Source of the DNA: Rhizophagus irregularis
Taxonomy: Eukaryota
Assembly (NCBI RefSeq): GCF_026210795.1
Contig: NC_089431.1
Location: 2,790,001 to 2,854,000 of the forward strand
Direction of reading: 5' to 3'
Length of the DNA stretch: 64,000 bases
Below the pieces are notes generated by a model. The model did not search any database and had not been told where the DNA came from. It was given only the letters and a program-made list of their open reading frames with translations. Made by a program: the position numbers and the translations under genes. This document shows positions 55,007-64,000 of this stretch, piece by piece. How positions within the stretch are numbered: the first letter of the stretch is position 1; the number at the start of each line of letters is the position of its first letter.

Positions 55007-55168
55007 TATTATGAGCAATGGTTCACACAAAGCCATACTAATTGTTCAAAGCCTATTATGAGCAACGGTTCATATAAAAGCCATAATAATTGTTCAAAGC
55101 CTATTATGAGCAACGGTTCATACAAAGCCATACTAATTGTATTAAGAGATTGTGTTATGAGCAACGCT
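55007..55168. repeat. 47-48-bp tandem repeat, ~3.3 units, between the divergent transposase and accessory gene 1
   Basis: TATTATGAGCAA(T/C)GGTTCA(C/T)A(C/T)AAAGCCATA(C/A)TAATTGT at 55007, 55054 and 55102. Confidence 0.9.
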
Positions 55169-55740
55169 CGTACTGATGACCGATAAATTGAATCATTATA
55201 TTTTATGTATTATTATCAATGAAGTTAATTTAACCGTGTTAATACTGACAAGAATGTAGTCCTAATACTTGTAATAATCTTTCATTAATAATTTCATAAT
55301 ATAATTTTCATGATATTTTTTTTCTTTATGACACCAACACTACAGTGAAATGCAAAAGTTATATTTAAAGGTAACTCCCTCTCACCAATTGTTCGCAAGG
55401 CTCTCAATCAGTCAGAACCTAAAATAAAGTTATATCGGTTATTAGACATGTTTGATACTGGTCTCCTTAGTGTCCTCGAGCTGGGCTTTGATGCATAAAC
55501 GAGTCGTAATATATTATTCACAGGGGTAATGAGTCAGTTTTTGGAGAGGCACTTTGTCAGACCATCAGGACAGAAAATCAGAAAATGGTGTCGAACAACT
55601 ATAAATGGTATTTCGCGATCAATAAAAAATAAAAATAAACAACGCGTCAGTCGCGTCACGTTTAAGTATAAAGTATAAATACATGCTATCTTTAGTGATT
55701 CTTCATTTCTTTACGCATTTTTTTAAAAAAATTTAAGAAA

Positions 55741-56687
55741 ATGGAACAAACACCCGAAACTGAGGTATAAGAGTAAAAATATAAAAATATTTTTAATAAT
55801 CTATAATCAAAAATTCTTACTTTATTACTATATTATAGCTCAGGCCCATATATAAGCCTACGTCTAAATATAATTTACAAGATGCGTTAGGATTAAAAAA
55901 TGAAAAGCAACGCTGGCTTGCTTATTTGGTAACTATTTATTAATTTTTAATAAAAGATAAAAATTGTTTTTTAATAGTAAATTTTTGTAATAGGAGATAA
56001 TGCGAGAATGTCTCTACGAAAAGAATGTAGATTTTACCGCCGATTATAGGAGTCAAAAGCATACAATAACTGCACAAATAGTTCGTTCTGTAAATATTAA
56101 ATTTTAATTTTCGTCATTTCTTTTTTTTTTGAAGTATACTAAAAATTATTATATTATAGTTTAAAAAAAAGGCTCCTGACTTCCCTATAACCGCAGCCGA
56201 TTGGGCTGTAAAGGAGATGCTTGTTAGTACTATACAAAATAAACGTAAGTTAATAATAACTTTATTTATACCTAGTTGGTTTATAGTAGAAATTAATTAT
56301 TTCATTTTATTTATAATAGGCTATTATCTGAAAAAAAAAAATGAATTAGAAAATAATTTAAGAGTTCCACCACAAAATTCTCCAGCATTACAGGACCGTC
56401 CTCCACCATCTCCTCAAGCACAACAAGATCCTCCTTCTCCAGTTGAGCCTTCTGATGAACAAGTTCAGATCCGGCCTCCAGTTGAGCCTTCTGATGAACA
56501 AGTTCAGATCCGGCCTCCAGAACCACGTACTGATGAACAAGTTCAGGTCCGGCCTCCAGAACCACGTACTAATGAAAAAGTTCAAAGTGATCCTCCAAAA
56601 AGGGTCCGGAAACAACGTGTAAATGACAAAGAAAATCAAAATAATGTCCCCAAAAAAAGAGGAAGAAAAGCAAAATCAAGTAAATAA
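55741..56687 (+). CDS. Accessory gene 1: 220-aa putative nuclear/DNA-binding protein with Pro-rich repeats, 5 exons
   Basis: Exons 55741-55764, 55839-55928, 55994-56089, 56160-56244 and 56320-56687 are in frame. Helical N-domain (..PDFPITAADWAVKEMLVSTIQNKR), DEQVQ(I/V)RPP repeats and a C-terminal PKKRGRK. Confidence 0.8.
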
Positions 56688-57075
56688 ATAAACTTGATCT
56701 CGGAGATGACAATTTCTTCGTTCTTGTATAAAACGAATCATACATAGTTTTGACTTAATTAGTTCAATAAATCTTGTTATGATAAACTATTGGTTAATTC
56801 ATCTTCTCATACACTATATCAGTATTCGGCATTTCATTCGAATTAAATTAAAAATTTGAAGACGTTTAGATTACCTCCGCATAAATAATTTGAATTGTGT
56901 AACGCGTAATTTGTCCACGCCTCATTACGCAATGTTTAATTGTTCTAATCATTAATAAATAATCTACACACTATAAATTACTTTGATAAGAAATTTTACA
57001 CATTTAATCTTTTTTGTTCTAAAAAATCGCTTAAATCTTATAAATACCTTTCCCTTCAATTATGATAACTTACAA

Positions 57076-57589
57076 ATGAAGATGGTTCACAAAAGAAGTC
57101 AAAATAAATTACAAGAACGAAAAAATAAATCCTTTTCGAATAATAAAAGAAAAAGAGATAAGGTGAGTGAACACTTGAGAACCGCCTAGAGTGGTTACTA
57201 GGTTCGCCCGTAGTTTTTCAGATCTTTTAGATAGCTTTTTTTATTTTTTTCTTCTATTTTTTATTTTTTTATTTTTTTATTTTTTTTTTGGAGGGTTTAA
57301 TAAAAGATGGAGTATATAATTGTATTCGGTTGTTATCTGGTTTCTAATTAAAAAATTGGTTTAGGTCAACTCTTTAAACGAAACAATTGAAAATAAAGAT
57401 AAAGGTAATTATAAATTATTATTGTATAAATAATATATATCAATTACTAACATTTATTTAGAAATTACACAATTAAAACGGCAAAAAACATTTGCCGTTG
57501 AATTATATCAACAAAAGTTAAACCAAATAATAGAAATAGAAAATAAATTAGAAAATGAAACTATTAAATTGCAAATGTATAGAAAATGA
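57076..57589 (+). CDS. Accessory gene 2: ~84-aa basic / coiled-coil protein, 3 exons
   Basis: Exons 57076-57162, 57365-57404 and 57462-57589: MKMVHKRSQNKLQERKNKSFSNNKRKRDK-VNSLNETIENKDKEITQLKRQK..IENKLENETIKLQMYRK*. Confidence 0.65.
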
Positions 57590-58263
57590 ATAATTTTGTT
57601 AATAAATTATATGTTATTATAATTCAGTTCTCCCAACTATTCTGTTCCCCAAAGAACTACGTGAAAAATTTTTTTTTTCATGGGAGAAAAAAATGATATG
57701 TTCCCATATGAAATAAAAATGATATATCTTCCCATACGAAACAAGTTTTGTGAGAAAAAAAATCATTTTTTCACGAGAAAAGGAGTTTGTCAAACAATCC
57801 TGTTACATTGAAGATCTGCTACTTTTACGTAATTACTAATAGCTCATATTTAATATTTGTATAATTTATAAAATAAAATACGAATACTGACAAAAAGTAA
57901 ATTTTACTTTCAGTTAACAACCAGATCGGCATACTGTACTATTCCGATTAAAGTTTCTAGCACGTTGTTTGTAATTAATTTTGTACTTTTCTTTGTCCCC
58001 ATTTTTCCCATTTCACAAAAAATCTTATCGTTCTCGTGTATTTGCTAAAATCCTTCTTTTTGAAACATGTATTTTCTCACGCATTTTTTCCTATATATAC
58101 AATCCAATTACGTAAAAATTATTTTAAGTTTTCGTAACGTCTAAAACTGTGGTACTCTCTTTAGGTAAGTCTGCGCTTAACCGGTTGGCTGCTTGGATGG
58201 TTTTAGCCTGCCGAGATAGTTTTAATGATAGGAATAACTTTTAATTTATATAATAGATTCACG

Positions 58264-58877
58264 ATGGTCAGACACCGCTCTCAACGTTCGAAGGAAAAAC
58301 GAATTGCTCGCATTAAGAGCAAGAGAGGAAGTGCTCGTCAGGTAGTTGCAGGTGGGTTCCTCTCTATGATATCCTGGGGGCTTAGATTGTTCTAAAGAGG
58401 GCTTGTGGACGTTTGTCCTGAAATGATCCTGTGGACGTCTTTGGATTGTTCTAAAGGTGACTTGTGGACGTCTGTTCTAAAACGAATCTGTGGACGTCTA
58501 AGCGGTATCGGTGTCAACCTAAGATGGAGAAACCCGCTTGGTCGAGCTGCGCATAGATCAAGTTAACCAATTTTTTTCCCCCATTAGATTACATAAAGGA
58601 ATTGGAAAAAAAGGTGCAGGAACTTCAAGAGCAAGTGAATGGTATGGATCGGGCTTACAGAGATGACCAGAGAGAATTGCTGCGTGTACATAATGAATTA
58701 AAGAAGGCAGAGAGGAAGTAAGTAATCAACTTTTTTGCTAATAAGGTTCCTTAAATTAATATAATTTTTCACTTTTATTTTATTAGGATTACTCGTTTAG
58801 AAGGGGAGGAAAGGGATGAAGAAGGCCAAGAAAGAAGACAAAGAAGGGGACAGGGACGAGGGAAAAGGGGAAAATAA
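58264..58877 (+). CDS. Accessory gene 3: 102-aa bZIP-like basic / coiled-coil protein, 3 exons; not in the ORF track
   Basis: Exons 58264-58351, 58588-58717 and 58787-58877: MVRHRSQRSKEKRIARIKSKRGSARQVVADYIKELEKKVQELQEQVNGM..LKKAERKITRLEGEE..RRGQGRGKRGK*. Confidence 0.75.
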
Positions 58878-59924
58878 ATTTTTGTATAATGTTATTTATA
58901 TTCCTAATATATTTTTTCATCTATATGTTAATAAATATTAATAATATAATATGTTACAAATTGTTTATTATCGTTGTTGTAAGTTGTAAATATTGACGTG
59001 CTTGGTAAACTAGTTTTAAGAATGAAGGATAAAATCTAGCGCAAGAGTAGTGACAATACAAAGTGCAATAAAATTACAGGTATTGCGAATAAAATGACTA
59101 AAGAGCCAAAAGACAGAATGAAAAAAAGAAAGATATAAATGAATGTAAACGAAAATGATGCAGACCTAACCTGACGTTATACATTATATGTTATACTGTA
59201 CGAACACTGTTGTGATATTAAAGTCAATCAGCAAATATATATATATATTTCAAATAAATCTTAATAAAAAAATCGACGTGTAACTGAATGATAAATTTTC
59301 TTTACCTGAAGATTTTTTTAGGTCTCTCGGTTCGTAAGACGAAAACGTCTAACGTAATGATTCCAATTTATGATCGCATTGCACATTGCGCAAGTTTAAT
59401 AACCCACCTATTATTTTTTTTATTTATTTATTATATATCTAATAATTATTTTTACAAGAGAAAAAAAAATTTTTTGTCAATCCTAACTGTTACATTCTGC
59501 TACCATCAAAATTGTCATTTTTTTTTAGTGAGAAAATTTTTTATTTGCGAAAAAAAAATACCGAATGGGAGAAATGTGGATGTTGCACAGAGTTTAATGT
59601 GTCACGCTAAGGTGGTGGAACATCATTATTATAACACAATTAAATCTTACCCATTTTTGGTTCATCAAATCCCACTTTGCCATTAAAGTATAAATACACC
59701 GCTTCCATTAAAAGATGTAAAGATGTAATTCAATATCGAATTACATATTACGATTAATATGTCGCAGCAAAAAAGCCATGAAATAGAATTACATATTACG
59801 ATTAATAAATTTATCAAAAAAAAAATTAAAAATTCATTTTTTGGTTTTTCTTCTTTCTCTAATTCTCTTCTTTTTTTAAAAAAATACTGAATTCTTTCTA
59901 CCACCTTTATCGCAATTTTAAAAC

Positions 59925-62194
59925 ATGGACTCTTTAAGATCAGTAAAAATACCAATTATCCAGCTGCAAAAAAGTATTTTACCTTATAATTTTGATTCTG
60001 AAGAACAACCCGAAACAGAACAGCCTGCAACAGGTTTGCAAAGTTAATTATTTATTTTGTATCTAATTCTAATAAATCAATTAGGCAATTTCTATTTGTA
60101 CACGGGGTGTTTAAACACGGGTCATATTAGTAGATTAAAAACGGCATTCAAAACCTCCTTTAATGCCTTAAGTAAACTTGCAGAGCAGGTGAAAATACAT
60201 ATATTTATCTGTAATATAATAAGAATAAAAAGTAAAAGAGTATAATGTCGGTAGCATTCAATTTCAAATTAAAAAACAAAAAATTAGTCTATTAAAAATT
60301 ATATTTATATGACCCGTGTGCAAACACCCCGTGTAAACTTAGAAATTTTCAATCAATTAATATCTACTTCAATTTTGAATCAATATTTCATAATTGGATA
60401 TATTTAAAGATAAACAAGAACCATTGGTCCTAATAATTTCTCCAAGTGTTACAAGTGACGATGGCTCTTCTGGTTCTCCCAGTGTCGGGGTTGGGGTTTC
60501 TGAAACTTTTAGTAATAATGGCACTAAAAAACCAAATATAAATAATGAATTTTTTGACAATGATGATAGGAATGAAGAACAGGATCATGGTCAAGGTTAG
60601 TTTTAAAATTAATATGATTTTGTAGGTTGTTTCGTCTTTTTCTTTTGTTATTTACAAAAAGTAAATTCTTTTTTTCTTATTTATATTTTATAGATGATCA
60701 AGTAAAAGTATTGGATACCAATACTGATGATGCTAACGAAGATTTTTGTAAGTTTCAATTTATATCTTATAATCTTAGTAATTTAGAGCAAACAGTAATA
60801 TTTAAATTTATGTTTATTATTTTCTATTTATTGTAATGTATAAGGTTCAACCCAAAAAAATGATAAAAAAAGAACGAAAATTGGTAAATTTTCGCATTTT
60901 TTTTCTTACCTTGTTGATTAACAAAAGAGATACTTACTTTTTGTTATTTTAAATTATATTAGATACCTCGATGCGTAAAAGGGCTAAACCGGGTATTGTA
61001 TAATTCACAGAAAGTAAACTCTGAAACTTGAATTTGAAATAATATATATATTTTTCTTTAGACGAAAAAATATTATTGGCCATTAATAAGATCGGAGGTC
61101 CCACAATAGATTCGTTATTATATTCATTGAGCAAATTGAAAAATACCGGAGTTAAAAGTGTAACAATGAACTTGGTTAATAATAATATACGACTTATGGA
61201 TTCCACAGGAACATTAGTGATAAAGCCAAATCACGTTAACTCCGATGATATAACAATTAATGCCAGTTTTCCTCATTATGATTATAATCAAGCCTCGGAT
61301 CTCAGCTTCGAGGCAAATATTATCGAATTAAAGAAATTCAAAGAATTGGATATGGCAAGTATAAGATTGGCGGAAGATTTGCATAAGCTGCTAGGTTATA
61401 TTGGTAAATTGCCAAATAATCCACCTATACGTGATAGGTCAATCTTCAGTAAAAAAGAAGAGTATAGAGAAGCCCTCATTAGTCATTTGGAAAAGATTAA
61501 TTCAACACAAGATTTTCAATTATTTCGTGGTACTCAACGTATTAATTTGATTTCTGATGACAATCAAAAAAGTTGCAGTTCTTTTAAAATTTTACCAATT
61601 CGTGTGCAAGAAAAGACTTCATCACTTACTGAATTATCCGATGAATTCAAGAAGATTGCAAAAGATTTATCGGAGGATATATTTTTATCCGTAATGGGAG
61701 AAGCAAATGAGCAAGGAAATAAAGAAATGGCCAGACGCAAGGAACTAAGGTTCCATGTCGGGTTTTTTAAGTCATACATACAATTACAGGCTTTTTGTGA
61801 GATAAACTTAAACAGAAAACAATCAGAGACGACAAAATCTCAAGCAAAAATATTAATTGCTCAATTTTACCCCTTAATTTCTTTACCGAATTTGGAATTG
61901 ATGCTTCAGAGAGCACCACGTATATACAGGTTACTAGAAGTAGCCAATTTTGATTGGCGACTTTTAGATTCTTTCGAAGAATTAAGCGCATGTTTTTTTA
62001 AGAGTGGAGTAAAGACGGCAATTAACTTTGAAATATGGATCAATTTGGTCCGTACAGGCAAGCTGATTAGTTATGACGAAGAATTAAAAACTCAAGAAAG
62101 AAATAGGGAAAACAAGAGGATTAAAATTGAAATTATTAAGGAATATTTTGATATTTCAGGGGTTAATTTTGACGAGATGGTTGGTAATGAGTAG
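59925..62194 (+). CDS. Accessory gene 4: ~500-aa protein of unknown function, 6 exons
   Basis: Five short phase-1 exons (acidic region plus RKRAKP NLS-like motif) splice in frame onto the 372-codon ORF 61076-62194. Confidence 0.8.
60084..60350. mobile_element. Mutator-like MITE, copy 2, in intron 1 of accessory gene 4
   Basis: ~45-bp TIRs and a 9-bp TSD AATCAATTA. Confidence 0.92.
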
Positions 62195-62465
62195 GTATTT
62201 ATAAATTAACATTATAAGTAATTTAGTAATTTTACATGAATAAAAGGCTAAATAATATGCAATCTTTTATTGTTTGCGCATTCTAACATTTGCTAAATAA
62301 ACTTGCTATAATTGCTATCGTTTACTATCATAAATAAATAAATAAATAAATCAATTTGTGGCTTAGCCTATTTTTACATGAAAAAAACTCCGATATGTTA
62401 TTTATGTATACGTTTTTATGTATTTATTTAAAAACGTTTTTTTTTTAATACATTTATTATTTACA

Positions 62466-62945
62466 TCAATTTGTTGTTAATGGTTTGGAACATTGTTCCA
62501 GTTGGTTCGATATTTTGTTAAACGCTTCATCAGATATAGAATGGAGTACTTTTACATGTAAAAGACGTAGTCCTTGAATTAATTTATCTAAAAAATTAAA
62601 TGTTAATTAATGATCTAGTTTAAAATTTTAAATTTATAATATTAAACATACCGTCCCATATTTTATTCTCTTTTTCTGCTGTTATTTCAAATTCCTCAAA
62701 ACCATCATACTCTTCAGAAGTACCACTTTCTGTCTCTGAATTATCATTATCATAATTATCAATGATCTTAAAAGGTCCATAATCATAATCATCAAGAATT
62801 TGATCATCGCTAAAATAATTGTAATTATTAGGAAAATGTAAGTTATATTTTTTATTATAAATAATCGATCAATTACCTTTTAGATGTATCTTCTAACACT
62901 GAAGGAAATGGAACATCAAAGCTTTGATTATTACTGTCACTAAAG
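62466..62945 (-). pseudogene. Truncated paralog of the transposase 5' exons
   Basis: Acidic exon, conserved intron, then DKLIQGLRLLHVKVLHSISDEAFNK..TTN*. Confidence 0.75.
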
Positions 62946-63239
62946 TCATATTATAACAACAATTAGTAAATTAGTAAAAGTAATTTTTACTTTTAGCAAT
63001 GACAGTACGATATATTAGCTAATATTTTAGGAGGTATAATGATAATTTTAATTATTCGTAGATAAAGTAAAAAAATTGACTATGCTGATTTTAAATAAGG
63101 GCAATTTTAACAAATAAGGGAAGGTTTTCACTTTGACAATCTCAATTTAGTGTAGCGAGAGGTCCCTGACAATAGGAGAAATAATGGTAAGACAACAGTA
63201 AAACAAAAATTTTAAAAAACTTTCGTCCATTGATGAAAC

Positions 63240-64000
63240 TTACCGAAAGTTCATCATTCCAAAAATATGCTTTTCTTTCATATTTAACGCTATACAACTG
63301 TTTTTGCAAGTATCATATTTTTGCGGTTTAAAAGGAATTATGTTATTGATTTTTTTTTCAACTTATAAATTGTTAAATTAGAATTAATATTATCGAGTAT
63401 TTTGTTAAATGCAATATCGGATATCGAATGAAGTACTTTTGTATGTAAAAGGCGTAAGCCTTTGATCAATTCGTCTAAAATAAATAAAAAAAAGTAATTA
63501 AAAATTGTAATCACAATTATCGATGTAATATTAAATATATACCATCGTTTATGTCTTCTATGTCATTAAATTAATTGTCCATTTCTGTAAATTCATCATT
63601 CTCTTCAGAAACATCACTTTCAGTTTCCATATCTTCTACTTTATCATTTTCATCATTATCAAGACTTGGATTATCATCACAATCATAATCTTGATTTGGA
63701 TTGTTATTATTACCATTATCTTCATCAAGACTTGAATTATCATTATCACCATTATAATTTTCGTTATAATTGTTATAATCTTGACTTGGATTGTCATTGT
63801 CACCATTATAATCTTCTTGACTTGGATTATTATTATCGTCTTCATTATCAAGACTACTTTGATGAATAATATAATTAGCAAAAAGTAAAATTTACTTTTT
63901 GTTATAATTTCATTAATTACCTCTCATTATCTGAAAGACTATTCACCGAATTTATATCCGATTTATCTAATTCATCAAACTTTCTTTTTTCAGCTACATT
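63240..64000 (-). pseudogene. Second partial copy of the transposase 5' exons (runs off the window)
   Basis: Matches ~53900-54645 with introns retained (AEKRKFDE; ELIKGLRLLHTKVLHSISDIAFNK..YDTCKNSCIA). Stop in exon 2; catalytic part absent. Confidence 0.8.

Larger units (their letters stand above)
49442..64000. mobile_element. Large CMC/EnSpm(CACTA)-like transposon, right end not in the window (extent inferred)
   Basis: Candidate terminus CCCAGTAAGAAAATT followed by about four 11-bp ATACTGAAAAT repeats, then a Tnp2-type transposase, accessory genes and partial transposase copies up to the window edge. No matching inverted terminus was seen. Confidence 0.55.

Noticed and set aside
55180..55200. 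CTGATGA as a hammerhead ribozyme core
   Set aside because: There is no stem II followed by GAAA and no flanking helices.
56311..56639. Antisense repetitive ORFs
   Set aside because: They are shadows of the Pro-rich repeat exon of the plus-strand gene.
63636..63881. I/M-rich and H/Y-rich ORFs
   Set aside because: They are alternative frames of the D/N-rich repeat in the transposase pseudo-exon.
1..64000. tRNA or rRNA genes
   Set aside because: No cloverleaf or rRNA-like sequence was recognised by eye; not excluded without a covariance-model scan.

Overview
This is very AT-rich, intron-containing eukaryotic DNA. Its gene families (expanded tyrosine-kinase-like kinases, short AT-rich GT-AG introns) best fit an arbuscular mycorrhizal fungus (Glomeromycotina); the taxon is inferred. 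There are four zones. (1) 0.4-24.4 kb is a kinase cluster: three tandem kinase-pseudokinase genes, two paralogous single-domain kinases, collapsed kinase relics, a LINE ORF1-like relic and an intronless LRR pseudogene resembling endobacterial (Mollicutes-related) DNA. (2) 25-35 kb is a transposon graveyard with nested MITEs and a decayed Crypton-like recombinase. (3) 36.9-43 kb holds two intact alpha-arrestin genes. (4) 45-64 kb holds CMC/EnSpm(CACTA)-type elements. One is a 3.6-kb TIR element carrying an intact 4-exon Myb/SANT-like gene. The other is a large element (at least 14.5 kb, right end not found in the window) with a Tnp2-type transposase, four intact multi-exon accessory genes that the ORF track misses or only partly captures, and truncated transposase copies. 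All gene models and family calls come from reading by eye; no searches were run.
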